Source: an uncultured virus (IMG/VR IMGVR_UViG_3300047548_000985) (Duplodnaviria > Heunggongvirae > Uroviricota > Caudoviricetes). From it: a stretch of 20,000 bases of DNA. The number at the start of each line of letters is the position of its first letter. Position 1 is the first letter of the stretch. This document shows, one piece after another, positions 1-7,530 of the stretch. The translations under genes and the position numbers were made by a program. The notes under the pieces were generated by a model. The model saw only the letters and a list, made by a program, of their open reading frames with translations, searched no databases and was not told where the DNA came from. Location: positions 53,133 through 73,132 of IMG/VR virus record IMGVR_UViG_3300047548_000985, one strand, 5' to 3'.

Positions 1-3000
1 GTGATAATTTTTGTTCATTTGCAATGTTCATAGGAGCAGGTGCTCTTGCCATTTGAACTCCAGCTGCTGTTGCTTGAGGAGGTTCAGTTGGTGGGGTCGG
101 AGCAACTATTGGGGCAGTCGTAGGTGCTGTTGTCGGGGCAGATGCGACTTTAGGTTCAGGTACAGTTACAGGCTTGTTTATGTCAGCAGGTATTGAACCA
201 AACTGCGCTCTGTATTCATCCGCAAACGCCTGTGCCGCAGTCGTTGGTTTTTTCCTAGAGTTTGCAGGTGAAGCAGCCGATGCAACTGCGGTTGATCCAG
301 TTGGTTGTGCTGGAGAGGTTGGAGCAGAGATTGAGCCGTCTAACTGTGCGTGTATATGACCACCGGTTGCGTTTCTACTGGGGTTATTATACTCATCAAT
401 TGCCCCACTGAATCCCATTTGTTTAAGCGCAGCAACAATTTGCTTGCCTTCTTCAACTGTTGGAGGCTTTGTCAAGGTAAAATCGACTGCTTTACCTTGA
501 GTATGCATACTGTTTGGAGTTTCTCTGATATGGAAACGATCATTAAATCCAGTGAATGCATGGAATCCAGGAATAGAGGATTGAATCTGTTGGGCTAGCC
601 CTATCATTCTGCTATCTAATGACGCATTAGGTGCCTGAACATCTCCTTGCTTTATTTTCAATCCGGCTGCTCTTAGCATTTCTTCGCTTGAAGTTATGCT
701 TGAAGCAGCAGAAGCTACGGATGGTGTTGCAGGAGATGAACCTAGAAGAGCCAACGCATTATTTTTTCTGTTTGCAACTTCAGTCCCGGCTGATCGCTCG
801 TACTTTTTATCTACTACGGCAGCGGCATCTTCTGCGGTTCTTGTTTGACGCAGAGAATCACCTGCTTGTTTCTCAGTGTTTTTTAGTTCCCAATCAACAT
901 ATGCAAGTTGTTCTTCAAGGGTGGCAGATTTGACTTCTTTTCCGTACATCTGACGAAACCGTTCAAGTCTATCATTTCTCCATTGAGCGATTCCTTGTGC
1001 ATTTTCTTTTTTGTTAAATGCAGTTGTTGACAGATCCTTACCAGATTCTTGTTGGAGATTACCAACAATGCCCGCTGCTTGCTCTCTTGTCCATCCCTGT
1101 TTGATAAAGAACTCCATTGCTTTAGTAGCGTTTGGAGTTGCGCCTAACCCTGCTGCTGCATTCCCACCTTGTGTTGCAGCGGGTAACCCGCCTAGTTCCT
1201 TCATTCGGGATTGGGCAGCCGCAGTTTCTTTAGCAACACCTAAGTCTACAGCACCCTTCATTCCCATTGATGAAAGGAAGGTGTTGAATGCTTCGTTGTT
1301 TTGTTTAAACTTTAATGGGTCAATCTTTAAATTGGCAAACTCTTCGAATTTTTCGGTTATGGTCTTGCCGTCAAACTTCTTAGAAAGATTATCTGATATT
1401 GTGTTTGCTAACGTTGATCCCTTAACAGCCTTTACGTTAGAGAAGGCTTCCATGCCTTCAGCAAATGCTTTGAAACCTTCAGCCTTAGTTTTGAAGTCTT
1501 CAATGCTGCCCGTGATTTTTATCTCACTGAATTTCAAAAGTTTCTTAGCAAGATCATCAATGTTAATACCAGCACCAAAAAAGTCGGCTATCTTGGAGAG
1601 CAAGGTACTTGAACCTGTTCCTGCTCCTTGATACGAACTTAATGCTTGATCGAATGCAGCCAATGCTTCTGCGTTTCTAGTAACTATCTCTTTGCTTACG
1701 TTGATAGAGTTAAATGTTTCTATTTTTTTCTTCAATGAGGCAAGATCAACGTTTAGGAAGTCAAAGTTATTTAACCAAGCTCCTGCACCTGCACCTGCAC
1801 CTTGGTAAGAGCTTAACGCTTGATCAAAAGTTTTTAGTATGTCTGCATTTACTATAATCTTTTCCTTACTATTAGGACTAAATTGTGCAAATTCATCAAT
1901 AAAACTTTTTATTCTCTTTGCTAAAGCTTCAAAGTCTACATTCAACGAATCGAAGTTATTTAACCAAGTACCTACTCCTGCTCCTGCTCCTTTGTATTCA
2001 CCTATCGCAGAGTCAAACGCCTTTAAAATGTCAGCGTTCGATATTATTATGTCTTTCTTAGATGAGTCAATCTTTTGATTTTCAAATGATTTAATGAAGC
2101 TGTTTATTCTCTTTGCTAAAGCTTCAAAGTCTACATTCAACGAATCGAAATTTCCAAGCCAATTACTAATGCTTCCGCCCTTGTAGCCACTCATTGCATC
2201 GTTAAATGCCTTCAGAGCGTTTGCATTTTTTGTAATTTTATCAGTGTCACCTAGTTCAAGCTTGCTAAAATCAATAAATCTATCCCAAGGTGTTTTGACT
2301 TCGAAGAACTTCGACAACCCTTCTGCGATTCCGATAGAAATAGTTGTACCACCTTTAAGTTTAGACATTGCTTCGGCAAATGCTCTTAATGCTTCAGCGT
2401 TAGTTTTTACCTTGGGTGCATTTTCTATTGGTAACTTAGAAAACTCTACAAATCTGTCCCATGGGGTCTTGACTTCAAAGAAGTTTGCTAATCCTTCTGC
2501 AAGAACACCCGAAATTGTTATCCCACTCTTAAGGGCACTCAATCCTTCAGCAAAAGCTCTTAATGCCTCTGCATTGTTTTTCACCTTGGCAGAATCATCT
2601 ATTGGTAACTTAGAAAACTCTACAAATCTGTCCCACGGAGTTTTAACGTCAAAAATAGAGAAAAGTTTTTCTGCTATTGCACCTGTAATTGAAGCACTTC
2701 CGTTACTTAGGGCAGCCATAGCTTCCCCGAATGCTAGTAATGCTTCTGCGTTTGTTTTTAGTTTAGGTCCGTCTATTGGAAGATTTGAAAAATCTGCAAT
2801 CTTCTCAAATGGTGTCTTTCCGCCAAAGAACCCAACTAGCCCGTCGACGATACTCGATGCTACATTAGCAAAGCTTGCTGCCACACCACCGGCAGCAAAT
2901 ACAGCTAATCCACCGCCTAATGCGGTAATTCCTAATCCAACATCAACTAGGTTGTCACCATCGATTCCTGAGAATGCTGCCACTCCTTCGGCAAATGTTG

Positions 3001-6000
3001 GAAGTGCCTTGCCTATTAACCACATTGATGCAGCAGCTCCTGCAGAAATCAATGCGATTGCACCGGAGAAGATTGCGGCTCCTTTAAGTATTAATGGATT
3101 AGCGAACGCAGTAAGACCACCTGCAATTCCTTGTAAAATGCCTTGAATTGCTCCACCTGCTCCTGCTCCAATGCCTTGGATGAATCCTCCTAGTCCCTTT
3201 CCTAAGTCAGTTATCTTACTACCAAAGCTAGGTCCGGTGCGTTCTGAAAGAGAGGATAAATTATCCATTCCCTTTGCTGACGTAGTAGGTAGATTTCCTG
3301 CAATACCTTCTCCGGCTTTTGCTGCTCGCAAGTCTTCAAAGAATTTTTTACGAGCGGCTTTCCCAGCTTCAGTTGATGCCCTGTTCCTGTATCTGATACT
3401 GCCACGTGTTTCCTTGAATGTTTTCAAAAATGCAGCATTATCTGCATCTCTTGCTTGTCGTTTTATAGAATCTCCTGTCCAACGAGGAGTTCCAATTCCT
3501 GTTGCAGCAGTGCTGACTGCCTTAGTAGCATTACCTGCTGTTGCTGCGGTATTTTCGGATAAGGTTGATCCTAACTTTCCAGCAGCATCACCTAGTGGTT
3601 TTAATAGCTTCTTACTAAGGACAGTGGTAAGAACACCTGCTATTGCTATGCCAGCATAAGACCAGTCTAGTAACTTATTGGAATCTAATTCAATTCCAGT
3701 TTTATCTTTAATCCAATCTCTAAATGTATCTACTGCGGTACTAAATTTGTCAACACCACTATTAAATTGAGAAGCATTAGTTGCGTATCTTTCAATTGCT
3801 GCACCCAATTGAGTAAACACCATAGCTTGAAGCTTTGCTTGTGATTGTCGATCATTCTCAACTGCCCCAATGTATTTTTCTACATTTGGATCTAATTTTT
3901 CACCTCTCTTTTGAGCCTCTCTTTGATCTTCTACAAATTTGGCTATTGTCTCAGCGTCATCTTTTCCAGTTTTTTCTTTGACTGTTCTTCTCAACCCCTC
4001 TTGGGCACGGGTAAAATCATTTGCCGCTGCAAATGTGTCACCAAACAGAGAAGTAAATATGCCGCTATCGATCTTAACTCCACCGGCGTATATTTTTTGT
4101 TGTTTGGTAAGTTGCTCACCTACCGTTAGCATCGCTTGTGCAGTATCCTGCTTCTCTACTGCCTGCAATCCTCCTTGACCCATCATTGTTTGATAGGCTG
4201 CTGAATTCTTGTCAACCGCTCCACCTGCGGCGTAGTATCTAGCAGCACCTGCGGCTAGGTTAGTAAGCCCCTTTGCTTGTAGCTGAGTAGCAATATCTTC
4301 CGCTTTTTTTAGTCTAGCTGCCTTTTCGAAATCACCGCTTGCTTCTGCTTCGACTTGTGCAGCTCGCAATTCGCTTATAGATTGAATTGCTTTTCGCGCT
4401 TCTTCTTGCTCTTTTCTAGTTGCACCTGTTATTGCTGCAAGTTTGTCAAGCTCCTCCATATAAGCATATGCGCCTTTTGTAAGGTCTGCTTGTGACTTGT
4501 TTGCTAACGTTCCGCGTTTAGCTTCAGCAGCCATGTACTGCACAATATGCTCATTTTGCTCTTCAGTTGTAATACCTAAGCGTAATAAGCTTTTTCCTAA
4601 TTCATTTGTGGGGCTCGTTATCGAACTAGCAACAGAAACAAACTTGTCAGCGCCATCCCCAACTGAGGCACCGAACAATTTCATTTCTTTTGCGTTATTG
4701 GTTATTAACGAAGTGTATTGTTCAGTGGAAATACCTAGCTTTTGTTGATTTCTAAAGATATTCTCAAAACCGCCGCTAGTTGTTCCAGATACTTTTCCAA
4801 GCTCATTGAATGATTTGTATAAATCCTCGCCTTGTTTAGACGCAAGCTCGTTTAACTTTGCACCTGCTTTTGCCGTAGTACCAAATAATGCAAGCGCACC
4901 GCCTGCAAATCTTGCTGCTAGTCCTAATCCAGGAATGAGCATTAATGCGAAGCCGATTCCTTGTGCAGCACTTCCTAGTGTGTCTGCAAACTTGGTAGTG
5001 GCTTCGGCACTAACCATTGCACCTCGTCTACCCTCATAAATTGCAGAGGTGTAGCTCTTTATAGCAAGAACGCTTCCGCTTATTGCAGCCGTAAGCAGTT
5101 GTGTGGTTGCACTAAGGCCTATGTTCTGTTTATTTGTCTCTAAAAACTGCTCTGAAAGCTTTGATGATGCTTCTCCTAACGAATTAATTCTCTTTGATGC
5201 GTATTGGAATCCTTCTAGGTCTAAATTCTTTTGTCGTTCTATTCTTTCTAAAACTTTTTCTAGCTTGTCAGTATCAACTTCCGCGCCTTTTCCGATCTGT
5301 TCGGCGCCCCTTGGTATTTTTAAACTTTGTCTTTCGGCTTTAGTTAAACCTAGTTCATTTAGCTTTGCTAGCTGGTCATTATCAAGTTTTACAGTAGATC
5401 TACCTTCAACTTTAGCCTTTTCTAAAACGTCGTTTAGGTCAATATCCTTTTCAAGAAGGCCTTTTCTTTGATTGGATCTAAGATCGTTTACAGGAGATGC
5501 AGCAGAGGTAGTAGCTCCTGTTATTTCTACTAACTTTGCCTGAAGATCACCAAATATATCAATCAACGCTTCTACTTGATTGTTGTATTCCTTTTGAAGA
5601 GGTATTGTCTTCTCTTTGGTTAACTTTTCCTCCTCTTCACGAAGCGGAATGGTCTTTTCTTTTGTATGTTGATCTACTGCTTCAAGAGTTGTGTCGCCTT
5701 TGACTGTGGTTTTTAATTCAGGTAGTTTAAATAAAGCAAGTTGGTTTCTAAACAGGTCAAATGCGTTTTTTGTTTCTAAAATGGATGCGTTCAATCCACT
5801 AGTGTCGATGCTCTTTATTTTTGGTAACGCAAGACTGGCTATCTTTCCTTTAAACTCTTCAAGATCAGTTTGAATTTTGCCAATTGATTCTGTTAACCCA
5901 CTGGTATCGATTGATCCAATAGCAGGTAATTCAAACCCTTTTATTAAGTTATTGAAGTTGTCAATCGATGATTGTATATCACCTATTGAGCGATTAACTG

Positions 6001-6367
6001 AAGACGTATCAAACGTAATATTTTCTAGTTTACTTTTGAATGTGGTGGTAGAGGCAAGGATGTCATTAAAAAATGGATCTAATCTTTTGGCATCAAGAGA
6101 CGTAACAAACATGTCAAAGACAGTTTTGACATCAGTTAAGCTTTTGTTGAAGTTATTCAGAATAGCCGCAGTTCTACCTTGAGTAGAAGCTAGCATGCCG
6201 AGATTAACTGAAATTTGCCTAAAGTTGTTTTGAAGGTCGCCTTTGGAGCTGTTTAAGTTGTTGTTTATCTGTGATATTTCACCTGATGTACCAAGTAATG
6301 TATCTCGCATGCCTATTGTAGCGGCACGAAACTCTTCCAACAGTGCATTTAGTTCTTGATCATCCAT
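1..6367 (-). CDS. Tape-measure-like tail protein (>=2122 aa, 3' end beyond window) with phage tail lysozyme and M15/LAS-type peptidase domains
   Basis: Manual translation from ATG at 6367-6365 (MDDQELNALLEEFRAATIGMRDTLLG...) stays open in one frame to position 1. The N-terminal half is Ala/Gly/Lys-rich and helical-looking, with hydrophobic segments (GIGFALMLIPGLGLAARFAGGALALFG; WSYAGIAIAGVLTTVL) and ~58-65 aa repeats. Two hydrolase domains and a Pro/Ala/Thr linker follow. Not in the ORF track because there is no stop in the window. Confidence 0.88.
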   Translation of the reverse strand, partial: MDDQELNALLEEFRAATIGMRDTLLGTSGEISQINNNLNSSKGDLQNNFRQISVNLGMLASTQGRTAAILNNFNKSLTDVKTVFDMFVTSLDAKRLDPFFNDILASTTTFKSKLENITFDTSSVNRSIGDIQSSIDNFNNLIKGFELPAIGSIDTSGLTESIGKIQTDLEEFKGKIASLALPKIKSIDTSGLNASILETKNAFDLFRNQLALFKLPELKTTVKGDTTLEAVDQHTKEKTIPLREEEEKLTKEKTIPLQKEYNNQVEALIDIFGDLQAKLVEITGATTSAASPVNDLRSNQRKGLLEKDIDLNDVLEKAKVEGRSTVKLDNDQLAKLNELGLTKAERQSLKIPRGAEQIGKGAEVDTDKLEKVLERIERQKNLDLEGFQYASKRINSLGEASSKLSEQFLETNKQNIGLSATTQLLTAAISGSVLAIKSYTSAIYEGRRGAMVSAEATTKFADTLGSAAQGIGFALMLIPGLGLAARFAGGALALFGTTAKAGAKLNELASKQGEDLYKSFNELGKVSGTTSGGFENIFRNQQKLGISTEQYTSLITNNAKEMKLFGASVGDGADKFVSVASSITSPTNELGKSLLRLGITTEEQNEHIVQYMAAEAKRGTLANKSQADLTKGAYAYMEELDKLAAITGATRKEQEEARKAIQSISELRAAQVEAEASGDFEKAARLKKAEDIATQLQAKGLTNLAAGAARYYAAGGAVDKNSAAYQTMMGQGGLQAVEKQDTAQAMLTVGEQLTKQQKIYAGGVKIDSGIFTSLFGDTFAAANDFTRAQEGLRRTVKEKTGKDDAETIAKFVEDQREAQKRGEKLDPNVEKYIGAVENDRQSQAKLQAMVFTQLGAAIERYATNASQFNSGVDKFSTAVDTFRDWIKDKTGIELDSNKLLDWSYAGIAIAGVLTTVLSKKLLKPLGDAAGKLGSTLSENTAATAGNATKAVSTAATGIGTPRWTGDSIKRQARDADNAAFLKTFKETRGSIRYRNRASTEAGKAARKKFFEDLRAAKAGEGIAGNLPTTSAKGMDNLSSLSERTGPSFGSKITDLGKGLGGFIQGIGAGAGGAIQGILQGIAGGLTAFANPLILKGAAIFSGAIALISAGAAASMWLIGKALPTFAEGVAAFSGIDGDNLVDVGLGITALGGGLAVFAAGGVAASFANVASSIVDGLVGFFGGKTPFEKIADFSNLPIDGPKLKTNAEALLAFGEAMAALSNGSASITGAIAEKLFSIFDVKTPWDRFVEFSKLPIDDSAKVKNNAEALRAFAEGLSALKSGITISGVLAEGLANFFEVKTPWDRFVEFSKLPIENAPKVKTNAEALRAFAEAMSKLKGGTTISIGIAEGLSKFFEVKTPWDRFIDFSKLELGDTDKITKNANALKAFNDAMSGYKGGSISNWLGNFDSLNVDFEALAKRINSFIKSFENQKIDSSKKDIIISNADILKAFDSAIGEYKGAGAGVGTWLNNFDSLNVDFEALAKRIKSFIDEFAQFSPNSKEKIIVNADILKTFDQALSSYQGAGAGAGAWLNNFDFLNVDLASLKKKIETFNSINVSKEIVTRNAEALAAFDQALSSYQGAGTGSSTLLSKIADFFGAGINIDDLAKKLLKFSEIKITGSIEDFKTKAEGFKAFAEGMEAFSNVKAVKGSTLANTISDNLSKKFDGKTITEKFEEFANLKIDPLKFKQNNEAFNTFLSSMGMKGAVDLGVAKETAAAQSRMKELGGLPAATQGGNAAAGLGATPNATKAMEFFIKQGWTREQAAGIVGNLQQESGKDLSTTAFNKKENAQGIAQWRNDRLERFRQMYGKEVKSATLEEQLAYVDWELKNTEKQAGDSLRQTRTAEDAAAVVDKKYERSAGTEVANRKNNALALLGSSPATPSVASAASSITSSEEMLRAAGLKIKQGDVQAPNASLDSRMIGLAQQIQSSIPGFHAFTGFNDRFHIRETPNSMHTQGKAVDFTLTKPPTVEEGKQIVAALKQMGFSGAIDEYNNPSRNATGGHIHAQLDGSISAPTSPAQPTGSTAVASAASPANSRKKPTTAAQAFADEYRAQFGSIPADINKPVTVPEPKVASAPTTAPTTAPIVAPTPPTEPPQATAAGVQMARAPAPMNIANEQKLS
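341..620 (-). other. LAS-family (peptidase M15-like) Zn metallopeptidase domain within the tape measure ORF
   Basis: SMHTQGKAVDF (482-511; H-x6-D, SxHxxGxAxD) and GGHIHAQL (341-358; HxH) are the canonical LAS/M15 zinc-ligand motifs. Confidence 0.78.
743..1120 (-). other. Phage tail lysozyme (Phage_lysozyme2-like) domain within the tape measure ORF
   Basis: AMEFFIKQGWTREQAAGIVGNLQQESG...GIAQWRNDRL...LEEQLAYVDWEL...AEDAAAVVDKKYERS...RKNNALAL matches the family pattern AAGIxGNxxxES / GIAQW / QLxY / YER. Putative catalytic Glu in QES at ~1043-1051. Confidence 0.85.
1270..2830 (-). repeat. About nine degenerate 58-65 aa repeats in the tape measure protein
   Basis: Recurring NA(E/D)xLxAF core, KTP(W/F)xxFxxFS x4 and WLxNFDxLNVD x3. 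Exact DNA duplications: 47 bp at 1908-1954/2103-2149 (period 195) and 38 bp at 2424-2461/2598-2635 (period 174). Confidence 0.85.
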
Positions 6368-6393
6368 TTTTTATTTTCTGCCTATTTTTAGCC

Positions 6394-6401
6394 TATAAAT
6401 A
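6394..6401 (+). promoter_or_regulatory. T4-type late promoter TATAAATA (gp26/gp51 direction)
   Basis: Exact gp55-type consensus in an intergenic gap; SD AGGAG at 6445-6449 before ATG 6455. Confidence 0.8.
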
Positions 6402-6410
6402 CGCTCAGTA

Positions 6411-6418
6411 TATTTATG
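6411..6418 (-). promoter_or_regulatory. T4-type late promoter CATAAATA (tape measure direction)
   Basis: Plus-strand TATTTATG reads CATAAATA on the minus strand, 43 nt upstream of ATG 6367. Confidence 0.7.
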
Positions 6419-6454
6419 ACCGTTTCGTGCGGTAAAATCTAAACAGGAGCACTT

Positions 6455-7285
6455 ATGCTAGATAATAACCCATTAAAACAATATTTTCGTAGACCGGCCC
6501 TTTACGTTAAGCTTCCAAGTGAAGGAAAGTACTACAACGCAAATATTGTCGATATGCCTGAAAATGGCGAACTTCCAGTTTATCCAATGACTGCGATTGA
6601 TGAGATAACAAGTAAAACACCTGACGCCCTTTATAACGGAATGGCAATTGTCGAGATCATCAAGAGTTGTATTCCTTGCATCAAAGATCCTTGGCAGATT
6701 TCAAGTATGGATTTGGACGCATTGCTAATTGCTATTCGAATGGCTACAAATGGCAACGAAATGGATTTAGAAAGCACTTGCCCTAGTTGTACAGAAGAAA
6801 ACAAGTATGGCTTAAACCTATCGCTTATTTTAGGAAGTTTGAAGCCTGGTGACTATACAGCAGAATTAAAGGTTGATGGATTGTCTATCAAGTATAGACC
6901 ATTGACATATAAAGAAGCAAATCAGGGAAATACGGCTCAGATTGAAATGCAGCGAGTTCTCAACAATCTGGCAACTCTTCAGGACGAAGATCAACGTACT
7001 AAGGCAAGTAGTGATGGTTTAAAAAAGATTAGTAAAATTAGTATGGAAATCGTTGCGAATACAGTTGAATCTATTACATTGCCGGATGGTGTAAAAGTTG
7101 AAGACAAGAAGTATATTCTTGAGTTCTTAACCAACTGTGACAAAAAGACCTATGCTGCGGTTAGGGACTTTAGCGTTAAGCTAAGAGAAAGTACAGAAAT
7201 AAAACCTTTACATTTCAAGTGTGCAGACTGCGGGCATGAGTATGATCAACCATTCACGTTGAATATTTCTGATTTTTTCGAATGA
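6455..7285 (+). CDS. gp26: T4 gp26-like baseplate hub assembly protein / probable tail assembly chaperone (276 aa)
   Basis: NPLKQYFRRP..YVKLPS.G, V.PMTA.DE, DLDALLIAIRMAT.G, two CxxC motifs (CPSC, CADC), YRPLTY and C-terminal DFF resemble the T4_baseplate family. Good SD. Confidence 0.72.
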   Translation: MLDNNPLKQYFRRPALYVKLPSEGKYYNANIVDMPENGELPVYPMTAIDEITSKTPDALYNGMAIVEIIKSCIPCIKDPWQISSMDLDALLIAIRMATNGNEMDLESTCPSCTEENKYGLNLSLILGSLKPGDYTAELKVDGLSIKYRPLTYKEANQGNTAQIEMQRVLNNLATLQDEDQRTKASSDGLKKISKISMEIVANTVESITLPDGVKVEDKKYILEFLTNCDKKTYAAVRDFSVKLRESTEIKPLHFKCADCGHEYDQPFTLNISDFFE

Positions 7286-7322
7286 GGCTTCTACACCTTG
7301 ACAGCGAAGGTATTCAGAAGCT
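7273..7322 (+). other. Candidate -1 programmed ribosomal frameshift signal
   Basis: In-frame heptamer T TTT TTC (7273-7279), 6-nt spacer, then stem-loop GGCTTCT/AGAAGCT plus ACCTT/AAGGT (7286-7322). The -1 frame is the frame of ORF 7282-7509. Confidence 0.6.
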
Positions 7323-7509
7323 AATTTCAAGTATGGAAAAAGATTGTGAAATCATCAAGAGGACCGCACTAAAGTTCTCTTGGTATATGCGAGGTGGCGT
7401 ATCCTATGAGGACATAATGAATATGTCTGCGTTTGAAAGGGAAGAAATAGGAAGAATCATAGATTCTAATATAGAAACTACCAAAAAGTCTGGGTTAAAT
7501 TTCTTCTAA
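7282..7509 (+). CDS. gp51-like small baseplate/tail assembly protein (75 aa); possibly the -1 frame extension of the gp26-like protein
   Basis: WYMRGGVSYEDIMNMSAFERE motif; ATGA overlap with the upstream gene; no SD. Confidence 0.62.
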   Translation: MRLLHLDSEGIQKLISSMEKDCEIIKRTALKFSWYMRGGVSYEDIMNMSAFEREEIGRIIDSNIETTKKSGLNFF

Positions 7510-7516
7510 AGTACAA

Positions 7517-7524
7517 CATAAATA
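7517..7524 (+). promoter_or_regulatory. Late promoter CATAAATA 6 nt before the portal ATG
   Basis: Intergenic match to the late consensus; no room for an SD. Confidence 0.7.
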
Positions 7525-7530
7525 CTGATT

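Noticed and set aside
1908..2635. Spaced 38- and 47-bp direct repeats as CRISPR, att sites or a DGR TR/VR pair
   Set aside because: Two copies each, with periods that are multiples of 3 and match protein repeats; no A-specific mismatch pattern, reverse transcriptase or integrase.
11..6182. Numerous plus-strand ORFs of 60-300 aa (e.g. 2244-3146, 1011-1631)
   Set aside because: Antisense shadows of the long minus-strand tape measure gene; no SD, promoter or recognisable motifs.
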